Shown here one piece after another: positions 41,015-51,351 of a stretch of DNA of 57,701 bases (within the stretch, counting starts at the first letter, position 1; each line of letters begins with the position of its first letter). A program made the translations under genes and the position numbers. The notes under the pieces were generated by a model. It saw only the letters and a list, made by a program, of their open reading frames with translations, made no database searches and was not told where the DNA came from. Source of the stretch: Pseudomonadota bacterium (GTDB lineage: Bacteria; Bdellovibrionota_B; Oligoflexia; Oligoflexales; CAIYRB01); assembly GCA_031416315.1 (NCBI GenBank), contig JANOTL010000111.1, forward strand, positions 1 to 57,701, given 5' to 3'.

Positions 41015-41470
41015 ATGTCGCCATCTCCTAGACTCGCCAACATCACGATCCTCGTGGCCGAGGACACTGCGTCCCTACAGGCGCTTTACTGCCGGATTTT
41101 GCAGCGGCTTGGCGCGACGGTCATCTCGGCGTCGTCGGGCCGCCAGGCGCTGGATCTCCTGGAGTCCGCGCGTCCCGACGTCCTAGTTAGTGATATCGCC
41201 ATGGCGGATGGTGACGGCCTGTCTCTTATTCGCGACATTCGGCGCCGAGAGTCCGATACGGGGGAATATTTACCCGCTGCGGCCATTTCGGCGTTCGGCG
41301 AGCGCTTTCGAGAGAACGCATTGTCTGAAGGTTTCGACTGCTTCGCGTCAAAACCGGTCGCAGTCGACAAGCTAGGAAAGCTTGTTGATGAATTGGTTTC
41401 TCGTGGAAGGAGCGAGGCGTTGAAACGGCAGGGGCACGGCGTGGAACCGCGCTCGCGTGCCCCGACATGA
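41015..41470 (+). CDS. Single-domain response regulator
   Basis: 'ILVAED', 'VLVSDIAMADGDG', 'AISA', 'SKPV'. Confidence 0.85.
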   Translation: MSPSPRLANITILVAEDTASLQALYCRILQRLGATVISASSGRQALDLLESARPDVLVSDIAMADGDGLSLIRDIRRRESDTGEYLPAAAISAFGERFRENALSEGFDCFASKPVAVDKLGKLVDELVSRGRSEALKRQGHGVEPRSRAPT

Positions 41471-41686
41471 CCGCGCGCTAGGAACCAGTCGCCGAAGAAT
41501 TTTCCGATGTCATCAGTTCATCGGAGTTAGGCAGCCGCGACGTTCGAAAGATCAGTTTGTGACGGTTGCCCCTTCGTATCCGGCTGCGTCGATCGCCGTC
41601 ACGAGACGTTCCTGCGTGGTCCTCGCCATACGGCCCAAGCGTATAAGTATTAGTTGCGAGATGCGAACTGAATGGAAAGGGATCCA

Positions 41687-43834
41687 GTGAAAGCCATACG
41701 ACCACCATCCTTCGCTCTGCAGCTATTGCTGCTGGCACTTGTCGGAGTTAGCCAGCCGGCACTCGCGAAGGTAGTCCGCTATGAGCTCACCGCTTCAAGG
41801 GGCGAGATCAACCTGAGCGGCAAAGTGACGGTCGATTGGGCGTTGATGATCAACGGCGGCATTCCGGCGCCGACGCTTGAGTTTACGGAAGGCGACGACG
41901 CCGAGATCGTCGTCCACAACAAGCTGACGGAGGAAGTCTCGATTCACTGGCATGGCATCCTGCTGCCACCCGAAGAAGACGGCGTCGCCTACGTCAACAC
42001 GCCGCCCATCCTCGGCGGAAAGTCGCACACGTTCCGCTTCAAGATTCGGCAGCATGGCACCTATTGGTATCACTCGCACACGAAGCTGCAGGAGCAGAAG
42101 GGCATCTACGGCGCGCTGATCATCCGCCCGCGGCAGAAGACGATCGCCTATGACAAGGACCTGGTGGTCGTTCTGAGCGATTGGTCAGACGAAGATGCCG
42201 ACCAGATCGTGAAGAATCTACGCAAGGACGGCGACTATTATCTCTACAAAAAGGACTCGATGCGGTCCTGGTTTGGCGCGCTGCAGGCCGGTTCGCTTGG
42301 AGCCTATCTTCACAACGAGTGGACGCGGATGGGAGGAATGGACCTCTCCGACGTCGGCTACGACGCGTTCCTGATCAACGGCGAGCGGGAGACTCAGCTC
42401 GCGGCCGCAGCGTCGGGGCAGAAGGTCCGCATCCGGATCATCAATGCGGCCGCGTCGAGCTACTTTTACGTGTCGCTCGGGCAGGAGCCGATGAAGGTGA
42501 TCGCGGCCGACGGCGTCGACATCGAGCCGGTAGCGGCGAAAGAGATCCTGATGGGCATGGCCGAGACGTATGACGTGTTGTTCGAGGTGCCAGCCGGGAA
42601 GAGCACGGAGCTTCGTGCGACGGTCCAGGATGTCACCGGATACGCGTCTGGATGGATAGGAAACGGTGAGAAGGTGGCCGCCCCGAAGAAACCGCTGCCG
42701 GATTTGTACGCTTCGATGGATCAAGGCGGCGGCGGGGGGCATGCCGGCCACGGCGGCGCGGCGCAGGAGCCAGTGTCGGGCGGCGAAAAGGCTGTCGACC
42801 ATTCGGAGCACGCCGGTCACGGTGGCGCGATGGATCACACTCGTCACGGCGCGGCGCCAGCCGTCGGCGCCGTGGTCGACACTTTGTCAGTCGATCAGCT
42901 CAAGTCTCGTGCTTCGACGGCATTTCCGCAGTCCATCCCTCGGCATGACGTGAAGCTCGTCCTTGGGGGAGATATGGAGCGCTATGTCTGGCACGTCAAC
43001 GGCAAGGCGATCCATCAGGACCGAACGATCGAGATTCGCGAAGGCGAGGTCGTCCGCTTCACTTTTGTGAACGAGACGATGATGCATCATCCCATGCACC
43101 TCCACGGGCATTTCTTCCGAGTCTTGAACGCCAACGGCGACTCGTCCCCGCTCAAGCACACCGTCGATGTGCCACCCCATGGAACGCGGACCATCGAGTT
43201 TTTGGCGAACGAGCCAGGCGAGTGGATGCTTCATTGCCACAATCTGTACCATATGAAAACCGGTATGGCGCGGGTCGTAAAGTACTCGTCGTTCAAGCCG
43301 AGGGCTGACATAGCTCAGTACCAAACACAAGATCCGCATCTTCACGACCACATCTATCTCAACGGAATGGTCGAGGCTGGGACGAATCGTGCGCAGCTCA
43401 GTCTGCGCTTTTCGAGAACATGGGATTCTCTGGAGCTCCATGCCGAGGCGGGAGATTACGACGACGTCGATGCGATCGAGGGCGACGTCTTCTATCGTCG
43501 TTGGTTCTCCAACTTCCTAAGTCTCGTCGTCGGCGCGACGCGGTTTCCTGAGTACGAAGAGACGCAGAACCGCGGTGTCGCCGGCGTTGCCTACGTGCTG
43601 CCGATGCTCGTCGAGTCGAGGGTGCTTGTGGACCACACGGGCAAGTTGCGACTCGATCTCGAAAAGCGCTTCCAATGGACCAAAACGTCTTTCTCAGATG
43701 TCGAAGTTGCGTTCAGGCAGCAGGCGAAGACGGAGTTCGAGGTTTCCCTGATGTATGGTCCAGCCTGGGCGTGGGCGGCGGGCGTGATGTTGACTGAGGA
43801 CGACGTCGGAATCGGCGCTCAGTATCGATTCTAG
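41687..43834 (+). CDS. CopA-type multicopper oxidase with C-terminal CopB-like beta-barrel
   Basis: Cu motifs SIHWHG, WYHSH, HPMHLHGH, HCHNLYHMKTGM; His/Met-rich linker; beta-rich tail ending GAQYRF. Confidence 0.92.
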   Translation: MKAIRPPSFALQLLLLALVGVSQPALAKVVRYELTASRGEINLSGKVTVDWALMINGGIPAPTLEFTEGDDAEIVVHNKLTEEVSIHWHGILLPPEEDGVAYVNTPPILGGKSHTFRFKIRQHGTYWYHSHTKLQEQKGIYGALIIRPRQKTIAYDKDLVVVLSDWSDEDADQIVKNLRKDGDYYLYKKDSMRSWFGALQAGSLGAYLHNEWTRMGGMDLSDVGYDAFLINGERETQLAAAASGQKVRIRIINAAASSYFYVSLGQEPMKVIAADGVDIEPVAAKEILMGMAETYDVLFEVPAGKSTELRATVQDVTGYASGWIGNGEKVAAPKKPLPDLYASMDQGGGGGHAGHGGAAQEPVSGGEKAVDHSEHAGHGGAMDHTRHGAAPAVGAVVDTLSVDQLKSRASTAFPQSIPRHDVKLVLGGDMERYVWHVNGKAIHQDRTIEIREGEVVRFTFVNETMMHHPMHLHGHFFRVLNANGDSSPLKHTVDVPPHGTRTIEFLANEPGEWMLHCHNLYHMKTGMARVVKYSSFKPRADIAQYQTQDPHLHDHIYLNGMVEAGTNRAQLSLRFSRTWDSLELHAEAGDYDDVDAIEGDVFYRRWFSNFLSLVVGATRFPEYEETQNRGVAGVAYVLPMLVESRVLVDHTGKLRLDLEKRFQWTKTSFSDVEVAFRQQAKTEFEVSLMYGPAWAWAAGVMLTEDDVGIGAQYRF

Positions 43835-44066
43835 TCGAGCACGCTCCGGTAGGAATCTCATCTGCACTCTGAGGGTCTGGTGCTTCAGTTTATGCAGCTG
43901 TATCAGGTGCTTCGTGGTGCCCGTGTCAATAGACTACAACTGAAAATGTTCATAAAGCATTTCGTACATTCAAATGGCCGCCATGCTAGAGGATTAAGAT
44001 CCAAACTGAACACCCCGCCTCCTGCAGATCGCCTCAGGCCAGGGCGACGTCGCCGGAGGTGTTGGC

Positions 44067-47000
44067 ATGGCTGTAGAAGCGCGGAGAAACGAGCGTTGGC
44101 CGTTGATCGCTGGCCTGCTGGCCTCAGCGGCGATCTTGGCGACCATCGACCTCGTGACCCCTGGCGGCACGGCGGTCTGGATTCTCTACATCATTCTGAT
44201 CGCTCTCAGCCTGTACTCCCGCAAACCCCGCTTTCCGTTCGTCCTGGCCGCGGTCTGTACGATGCTGGTCGTACTAGACCGCTTTCAGTCCCCACACGGG
44301 GACGGCGCCCTGTGGATCAATTCGCTGGCGCGAGCGTTCGGGGTCACGACCTTTTGGGTCGTCGCTTACATCATGTCGACCTTTATCTTGACGCAAAAGA
44401 CGTTCGAGGACAACGAAGTGATCGCGCAGGCCTTGAGTGAGAAGCTTGCGACGGAGGCATGGCTTCGCAAGGGGCTTACCGCGATCAACGAGGCCATGCG
44501 CGGTGTGCAGTCGTCGGAGGATCTTTGCCGCAACCTCCTGGCGCAAATGGCCGAGTTCGTCGGCGCAAAGATCGGCTCGTTCTATCTCGCGGACGAGCTG
44601 AATTGTCTGAATCGCGTGGCGATCTATGGTTACTCGAGCGTCGGCAGCTCGGCGGCGACCATTCCTTTCGGTGAAGGGCTTCTCGGCCAGGCGGCGGGTC
44701 AGCTCAAGATGCTTGAGTTGAGCGACGTGCCGCCTGAATACTACCTCAAGATCAAATCGAGCTTGGGCGAGATCACCCCGCGCTACATCGTGGCCATTCC
44801 CGTGCTTTTCGACCGGCGGCTGATCGGCGTCATGGAGCTGGGCTCGCTGGAGCCATTCTCGGCCGTGTCGCGGTCCCTGTTCGACATCGTTCCCGAGAAC
44901 ATCGGCATTGCGATCGACTTGACCACGAGCCGCCGGCGTCAGCAGAAGTTCCTCGCCGAGTCGCAGAGCCTCAATCTTCAGCTACAAGCTGCGCAGAAGA
45001 CTTTCGAAGACAATGAGATCGAGGCGCAGAAGCTGAGCGAAAAGCTGGCATCCGAGGCGTGGCTTCGCAAGGGTTTGACGGCGATCAACGAGGCCATGCG
45101 CGGCGTGCAATCGTCCGAGGTCCTTTGCCGCAATCTCCTGGCACAAATGGCCGAGTTCGTCGGCGCGAAGATCGGCTCGTTTTACCTTGCCGAAGATGGC
45201 GGATCCTTGAAGCGTGCGGCGATCTATGCCTATGCCGATTCTAGCGGCGAGGCCGAGCTGTTTGCGCCGCACGAGGGCCTGCTCGGCCAGGCAGCGGCCC
45301 AGCTCAAGATGATCGAGCTAAGCGACGTACCGAGCGACTACTACATGAAAATCAGGTCAAGCCTCGGCGAAGTGACGCCCCGCTACATCGTGGCGATACC
45401 GGTCCTCTTTGACGGGCGGTTGAACGGCGTCATGGAGCTCGGCTCCGTGGAGCCCTTTTCCGCGAATGCTCGCTTATTGTTCGAGATCATCCCCGAGAAC
45501 ATCGGCATTGCCATCGACTTGACGACGAGCCGAAGACATCAACGAGAGCTCCTCGGCCGGTCCCAAGAACTCAGCGAGCGGCTCCAGACGCAGCAAGAGG
45601 AGCTAAGGGCCGCCAACCAGGAATTGACGGCGCAGGCAAGTAAGCTGGAGGCACAGCAAGCGGCCCTCGAAGAAACGAATGCTGCGCTCGAGGGCAAGCA
45701 GCAACTGCTCGAAGAGCAAAAGGAAGCGCTCCAGGACACCAACGCGCTGTTGCAGTCGTCGAAGCGTGAGATCGAGCTGGCAAGCCAATACAAGTCCGAG
45801 TTTCTCTCGAACATGTCGCACGAGCTAAGGACGCCGCTCAACAGCATCCTGATCCTTGCCCAGATGCTCTCAGACAATAAGCGTGGCACGCTTTCCAACG
45901 ACGAGGTGGACTCGGCGCTGACCATCGTTTTGGCGGGCAACGACCTCCTCGCGTTGATCAACGACATTCTCGACCTCTCCAAAATCGAATCCGGAACCGT
46001 CGATCTCGAGCCCGAGATGGTCAACTTGGAGGCGCTCACGGATCACCTCGAGCGCGTCTTCCGCCCAACCGCCGAGAAGAAGGGTCTAGCGCTCGAGGTG
46101 ACGATCGGGGCCTCGGTCGCCAAGGAGATTTTCACCGACCGGCAGCGGCTCGAGCAGATCATCAAGAACCTGCTCTCGAACGCGCTGAAGTTTACGGCGC
46201 ACGGTACCGTCGGCTTGCGTGTTTGGCATTCTCCGGACGGTCCCAGGACGATCGCCATCGCGGTCTCGGATACCGGCATCGGCATCGCGAAAGACAAGCA
46301 AGAAGTCATCTTCGAAGCCTTCAAGCAGGCCGACGGCACGACGGCGCGAAGGTTTGGTGGCACCGGGCTCGGGCTTTCGATCTCACGCGAGCTCGCCGTG
46401 CTTCTCCAATGCGAAATTTCCCTCGAGAGCGTCGAGGGTGAGGGCAGCACATTCACCTTGTTCCTTCCGGAGCGCATGAAACCGCGCGAAAAGAGGCCGT
46501 CGGCGGTTGAGAACGGTCAGGCCGGTCCGACACGGCCGGCCGCTCGTCCGACGGCGGCACCGACGGTGCAGCGTCCGCGGGTCGCGGCGTTTCGCGACGA
46601 CCGCGATACGCTGGCGAAAGGCGACAAGTGCATGCAGGCGATCGAAGACGAGCCGGCGTTCGCCCAGATTTTGGTGCGGCAAGCGCACGAGCTTGGGTTC
46701 AAGTGCGTCCTCAGCGAGGACGGCGAAAGTGGGCTCGCAGACGCGCGTCACTACTTGCCCAGCGGCATCATTCTAGACGTGAAGCTGCCCGGGCTCAGTG
46801 GCATGGAGGTCCTTGAGCACCTCAAGAAAGATCCCGCGACGCGACACATCCCCGTGCACGTGGTGTCGGGCTTTGATCACCGCAAAAACGCCCTCCACCT
46901 CGGCGCGGTCGGTTTTTTGATGAAGCCGATCGACGCGAAGGCCCTCAGCGCGGCGTTCTTGCGGCTCGAGCGCGCAGCGTCGGGGACGCTCAAGAAAGTG

Positions 47001-47807
47001 CTGATTGCCGAGGACAATGAGACGCAGCTCAACGCGATGCGGTCTCTGATCTCGGACCTCAAGGATGTCGAGACGGTCGGCGTGCGAAGTGGCAAAGAAG
47101 CGCTCGACCAGCTACGAACGACGGCGTTCGACTGCATGATCCTCGACCTCAGGTTGCCGGATATGTCGGGGATGAAGGTACTAGAGGAGATGGCCAAGAA
47201 CAGCAGCCTCTCGCACCCGCCTGTCATCGTCTATACGGGAACGACGCTCTCGCGTCTGGAAGAGGAGAACTTAAGACGCTACACGGATAGCATCATCATC
47301 AAAGGCGCAAGATCGCCCGAGCGCCTTCTCGACGAGATGGTCCTCTTTCTTCACCGGATCGAAAGCGAGCTGCCCCCGGGAAAGCGGCAAATCCTCAAAG
47401 AGCTTCGCGACCGAAATCAAGTCTTGGCTGGCGCCATGATCCTCCTCGTCGACGACGACATGCGTAACGTCTTCGCTCTGAGCCGCCTCATCGAAGACCA
47501 GGGAGCCTCGGTTTCGGTCGCTCGCAACGGCCAGGAGGCGCTTGATCGCCTGGAGAAGAACCCTGATCACAATCTGGTGCTGATGGACATCATGATGCCG
47601 ATCATGGACGGATTCGAGGCGATGAAGCGGATTCGTGCGCAACCGCGTTTTGGGAAATTGCCGATCATCGCCCTGACGGCGAAAGCGATGAAAGGCGATC
47701 AGGAGAAGTGCATCGAGGCGGGGGCCAGCGACTATCTTGCCAAGCCGATCGACGCGAAGCGCCTTCTCTCGCTGGTCAGCGTCTGGCTTGCTCCGCAGGG
47801 ATTTTGA
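44067..47807 (+). CDS. Hybrid sensor kinase: TM - GAF x2 - coiled coil - HisKA/HATPase - REC x3
   Basis: 'FLSNMSHELRTPLNSI', 'FGGTGLGL', three receiver domains (ILDVKLP, ILDLRLP, LMDIMMP). Confidence 0.95.
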   Translation: MAVEARRNERWPLIAGLLASAAILATIDLVTPGGTAVWILYIILIALSLYSRKPRFPFVLAAVCTMLVVLDRFQSPHGDGALWINSLARAFGVTTFWVVAYIMSTFILTQKTFEDNEVIAQALSEKLATEAWLRKGLTAINEAMRGVQSSEDLCRNLLAQMAEFVGAKIGSFYLADELNCLNRVAIYGYSSVGSSAATIPFGEGLLGQAAGQLKMLELSDVPPEYYLKIKSSLGEITPRYIVAIPVLFDRRLIGVMELGSLEPFSAVSRSLFDIVPENIGIAIDLTTSRRRQQKFLAESQSLNLQLQAAQKTFEDNEIEAQKLSEKLASEAWLRKGLTAINEAMRGVQSSEVLCRNLLAQMAEFVGAKIGSFYLAEDGGSLKRAAIYAYADSSGEAELFAPHEGLLGQAAAQLKMIELSDVPSDYYMKIRSSLGEVTPRYIVAIPVLFDGRLNGVMELGSVEPFSANARLLFEIIPENIGIAIDLTTSRRHQRELLGRSQELSERLQTQQEELRAANQELTAQASKLEAQQAALEETNAALEGKQQLLEEQKEALQDTNALLQSSKREIELASQYKSEFLSNMSHELRTPLNSILILAQMLSDNKRGTLSNDEVDSALTIVLAGNDLLALINDILDLSKIESGTVDLEPEMVNLEALTDHLERVFRPTAEKKGLALEVTIGASVAKEIFTDRQRLEQIIKNLLSNALKFTAHGTVGLRVWHSPDGPRTIAIAVSDTGIGIAKDKQEVIFEAFKQADGTTARRFGGTGLGLSISRELAVLLQCEISLESVEGEGSTFTLFLPERMKPREKRPSAVENGQAGPTRPAARPTAAPTVQRPRVAAFRDDRDTLAKGDKCMQAIEDEPAFAQILVRQAHELGFKCVLSEDGESGLADARHYLPSGIILDVKLPGLSGMEVLEHLKKDPATRHIPVHVVSGFDHRKNALHLGAVGFLMKPIDAKALSAAFLRLERAASGTLKKVLIAEDNETQLNAMRSLISDLKDVETVGVRSGKEALDQLRTTAFDCMILDLRLPDMSGMKVLEEMAKNSSLSHPPVIVYTGTTLSRLEEENLRRYTDSIIIKGARSPERLLDEMVLFLHRIESELPPGKRQILKELRDRNQVLAGAMILLVDDDMRNVFALSRLIEDQGASVSVARNGQEALDRLEKNPDHNLVLMDIMMPIMDGFEAMKRIRAQPRFGKLPIIALTAKAMKGDQEKCIEAGASDYLAKPIDAKRLLSLVSVWLAPQGF
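44391..45545 (+). repeat. Intragenic tandem duplication, 600-bp period (GAF domain)
   Basis: 'QKTFEDNE...AWLRKGLTAINEAMRGVQSSE.LCRNLLAQMAEFVGAKIGSFYLA' at 44391 and 44991; 'DLTTSRR' at ~44920 and ~45520. Confidence 0.95.
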
Positions 47808-48647
47808 ATGAACGCCGTGCCGGACAGCCGTCGAGAGGATCGCGAGATCGAGCGACTCATCGACGCTATACTTGTCACGCACGGCTACGACTTTCGGCAC
47901 TATGCCGAGGCTTCGCTCCGACGCCGAATCCTAAGGGCATCGGATCGTTTCGGCTTTGCGACCATCGGCGAGATCGAGGCCAAAGTCCTGACCGATGCCT
48001 CGTTCTTCTCAAGGCTTCTCAGCGAGCTGACCGTGACGGTCAGCGAGATGTTCCGCGATCCAGAGGTGTATCGCCTGCTCGCGACGGACGTCTTGCCAGT
48101 GCTCGCGACTTACCCGTCCATTCGCATTTGGCATGCCGGCTGCAGCACGGGCGAGGAGGTCTACTCGATGGCGATTCTCCTCAAAGAAGAAGGCTTGCTC
48201 GAACGCTCGACCCTGTACGCGACGGATATCAACCCCGCGGCGCTTCAGAAGGCGAGAGCGGGCGTTTTTTCTGCGTCCGATATGCAGAAAGCGACGACCA
48301 ACTACCAGAGAGCAGGAAGACGGGAGGCTTTCGGGAACTACTATTCTGCCAGCTACGGAGCCGCCGTAATCGAGCGGGAGTTGAAGGACAGAATCGTCTT
48401 TGCCGAACACAATCTCGCCACCGACGAAGTCTTCTCCGAAGTACACCTCGTTGTTTGCCGCAACGTCTTTATCTATTTCGACAAGCCAATGCAGAGTCGG
48501 GCATTGAGAATTTTTCACGAAAGCCTGCTGTTCAAGGGGTTTCTCTGCATTGGATCAAGAGAATCGCTGGAGTTCACGGACTACGAGCCCCACTTTGCTG
48601 AAGTCAGCCACGCCGGGCGCATCTACCAAAAGCGTGAGGTTCGATGA
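47808..48647 (+). CDS. cheR: CheR-type protein-glutamate O-methyltransferase
   Basis: 'GYDFRHYA', 'IWHAGCSTGEEVYS', 'YATDIN', 'CRNVFIYF'. Confidence 0.95.
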   Translation: MNAVPDSRREDREIERLIDAILVTHGYDFRHYAEASLRRRILRASDRFGFATIGEIEAKVLTDASFFSRLLSELTVTVSEMFRDPEVYRLLATDVLPVLATYPSIRIWHAGCSTGEEVYSMAILLKEEGLLERSTLYATDINPAALQKARAGVFSASDMQKATTNYQRAGRREAFGNYYSASYGAAVIERELKDRIVFAEHNLATDEVFSEVHLVVCRNVFIYFDKPMQSRALRIFHESLLFKGFLCIGSRESLEFTDYEPHFAEVSHAGRIYQKREVR

Positions 48648-49237
48648 TGCTCGTGGACCCGGCACTGGGAGCGATGGTCGTCGGCGCCTCGGCCGGCGGG
48701 ATCCACGCCTTGCGGATCGTGCTGCGCAGCCTTCCCGTCGACTTCGGCGCGCCCGTTTTCGTCGTGCAGCACTTCCCTGCCGACGCCGTCATGTTATTGC
48801 CGTCGCTTCTCGCGGCCGAATGCCAGCTTCCGATCGAAGCAGTCGTCGACAAAGCCCCGATCAAAAGGGGTCACATCTATTTCGCCGTGCCTGGCTACCA
48901 TCTTCTGATCGAAAATGAGCGAACGCTCGCCCTGAGCACCGACGAGCTCGTCAACTGGTCGAGACCCTCGATCGATGTCCTTTTCGAATCTGCGGCGCGC
49001 GTCTATAGGGAGCAGCTCGTTGGCATCCTGCTTACGGGCGGCAATAGCGATGGCGCAGCGGGGATCGGCGCGATCAAAGAGCACGGTGGCTACACTATCG
49101 TGCAAGATCCGACGACGGCAGAGGCGCCGGCGATGCCCACGGCGGCCATCAACGCGACGCCTGTCGACTTTGTCGCATCACTCGAACAGATCTCTGCGCT
49201 GTTTGCGCACAGCAAAGGTCGAAACAATGGCGCCTGA
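48644..49237 (+). CDS. cheB: Stand-alone CheB methylesterase (no receiver domain)
   Basis: Catalytic residues GASAGG, VQH, TGGNSDG; 'SRPSIDVLFESAA'. Confidence 0.92.
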   Translation: MMLVDPALGAMVVGASAGGIHALRIVLRSLPVDFGAPVFVVQHFPADAVMLLPSLLAAECQLPIEAVVDKAPIKRGHIYFAVPGYHLLIENERTLALSTDELVNWSRPSIDVLFESAARVYREQLVGILLTGGNSDGAAGIGAIKEHGGYTIVQDPTTAEAPAMPTAAINATPVDFVASLEQISALFAHSKGRNNGA

Positions 49238-50948
49238 GAACACGAAGGCTGCAGGCCTGACCCCTGCGAAAGCGAAAATATTGGTCGTGGATAACCAGGC
49301 CGCCAACATCAAAGCCATGGGGAAAGTGATCCTCAGTCTTAGTCCCCACGTCGAGATTTTTGCGGCCGACTCCGGTCGGCAAGCGCTTAGCCACGTCATT
49401 GATCACGATTTTGCGCTCGCGATCGTCGACATCCAGATGCCGGGAATGGACGGATTCGAGCTGGCGGAGCTGATGCGCGGTCGCCGGGAGGGCAGTCACA
49501 TTCCCATCATCTTCGTCACGGCTGGCGAGGCCGACCAGCGGCAGATGTTCAAAGGCTACGAGGCTGGGGCAGTCGATTACATCCCCAATCCATTTGATCC
49601 TCGCGTGCTGGCCAGCAAGGTGCGCGTCTTCGTCGAGCTGCATCATTCGCGGCAGCTGCTCAATCTGCGTCTCGCCGAGATCACGCAGCAAAAGGAGGAG
49701 CTCGAGGTTCTCAAAGCGATCGCCGAGTCGGCGAACGTCGCGAAGAGCAATTTCCTCGCCAACATGAGTCACGAGATCCGCACGCCGCTGGCCGCGATTC
49801 TGGGATACTCGGAGTTGTTGGGACGGAGCGCTCAGTCCAGTGGGGACGCTCTCGATTGCCGGGGCGGCATTCAGCGGAACATCGAGCACCTCACTGCGCT
49901 GGTCGACGAGATCCTTGATCTGTCGAAGATTGAAGCGGGCAAGCTCGACGTCGAGCGCGTCATTTTTCCGCTCTTCCCAGCGCTGGCCGAGATCTTCTCT
50001 CCGCTGCGCGAGAGGGCCAAGGCCAGTGGCTTAGGGTTTGACGTCGTCATCGACGGCGACATCCCTGAGTCGATCTCGGGATGCCCGAAACGCCTCAGTC
50101 AGATTCTCCTGAATGTCGTCGGCAACGCCATCAAGTTCACCGAGCGCGGCAGCGTCAGCGTCATCATCTCGCTTGTGAAAGCGTCTCCTGAAGACCCCCG
50201 GTCCTTTCTGCGGTTTGCCGTCTCAGATACCGGCTGCGGGCTCACTCCCGAACAACAGAGCAGGCTCTTTCGACCTTTTAGTCAGGCCGACAGCTCGGTG
50301 ACTCGCAAGTATGGCGGCACCGGGCTTGGTCTCGTTCTCGCGAATCGTTTGGCGGAGGCCCTAGGCGGCGGCGTTGTCCTAAAAGACAGCCATATCGACG
50401 AAGGCAGTACGTTCGTCGTCACAATCGACTCAGGTCGCCTAGATGCCTTTCGCATGCTTCGTGGGGTCAAGTTGGCCGATTTCGTGGCGAAGTCTAGCGC
50501 GACAGTGGATCTGTTCAGCGCCAGCGGAAACGAGCTAGCGGGAGTGCGAGTTCTCCTCGTCGAGGATGCGATGGACATTCAGCGCCTGATGCGGTGTTTT
50601 CTCGAAGCGGCCGGCGCGGTCGTCACCTTGGCAAGCAATGGAGCGGAAGCCGTAGCCAAGGCCTTGGAGTACGAGTTCGACGTCGTGCTCATGGATATGC
50701 AGATGCCCATTTTCGACGGCTACGCCGCGACGAAGCAGTTGCGAGCATCGGGCTACTCGACTCCGATCATCGCGCTCACGGCGAAAGCTATGGTTGGCGA
50801 TCGCGAAGACTGTCTTGCTGCAGGGTGCGACGAGTATTTTGCCAAGCCCGTCAAAGCGAGTTTGCTCATCGAGTTGGTCGCACGCATTGCGGCTGCTGGT
50901 AGCCAACGCGGTGGTCCCAGTGCAAACTCCGAGAACCGGATTTTCTAG
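49227..50948 (+). CDS. Hybrid kinase REC-HisKA-HATPase-REC
   Basis: Start MAPENTK; 'FLANMSHEIRTPL', 'YGGTGLGL', C-terminal 'LMDMQMP'. Confidence 0.92.
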   Translation: MAPENTKAAGLTPAKAKILVVDNQAANIKAMGKVILSLSPHVEIFAADSGRQALSHVIDHDFALAIVDIQMPGMDGFELAELMRGRREGSHIPIIFVTAGEADQRQMFKGYEAGAVDYIPNPFDPRVLASKVRVFVELHHSRQLLNLRLAEITQQKEELEVLKAIAESANVAKSNFLANMSHEIRTPLAAILGYSELLGRSAQSSGDALDCRGGIQRNIEHLTALVDEILDLSKIEAGKLDVERVIFPLFPALAEIFSPLRERAKASGLGFDVVIDGDIPESISGCPKRLSQILLNVVGNAIKFTERGSVSVIISLVKASPEDPRSFLRFAVSDTGCGLTPEQQSRLFRPFSQADSSVTRKYGGTGLGLVLANRLAEALGGGVVLKDSHIDEGSTFVVTIDSGRLDAFRMLRGVKLADFVAKSSATVDLFSASGNELAGVRVLLVEDAMDIQRLMRCFLEAAGAVVTLASNGAEAVAKALEYEFDVVLMDMQMPIFDGYAATKQLRASGYSTPIIALTAKAMVGDREDCLAAGCDEYFAKPVKASLLIELVARIAAAGSQRGGPSANSENRIF

Positions 50949-51021
50949 GAATTCCGGGATGCCGATGCATCCCGCATGAACGGTTTGTTGCCGCTTACGC
51001 CCGAATGGCGTAAACGAAGGT

Positions 51022-51351
51022 ATGCGCAAAGCGAGTGCTTTTGCAACTCAAACCACCGCAGACGAAGTGACTGACGACTCCTTCGGTGGGTACCTGCGCC
51101 AGTATCGTCAGGAGCATGACCTGACGCAAACCGAGCTCGCCTCGTTGCTAAACGTCTCTTCGGCGACGCTGTGCGATTTAGAGCTGGGAAGAAAAGTCGC
51201 AAGTCCGCGGCGCGCGCTTTCGATCGCATGTCGGCTCGGACTGAGCGAGCCCGAGGTCTTGCAGCTCGTCCTCACGGATCTTCTCCGCCGCGAACGAAGA
51301 GATTTTCAGGTTTTCGTCGCCGAGCGCGGCGGGAAAAAGGGCCCCCGATGA
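51022..51351 (+). CDS. XRE/Cro-family HTH regulator
   Basis: 'FGGYLRQYR..HDLTQTELASLLNVSSATLCDLELGRK'. ATGA overlap with the next gene. Confidence 0.85.
   Translation: MRKASAFATQTTADEVTDDSFGGYLRQYRQEHDLTQTELASLLNVSSATLCDLELGRKVASPRRALSIACRLGLSEPEVLQLVLTDLLRRERRDFQVFVAERGGKKGPR

Noticed and set aside
47808..49237. Chemotaxis operon
   Set aside because: No cheA, cheW or MCP in the window; the context is a hybrid-kinase signalling module.
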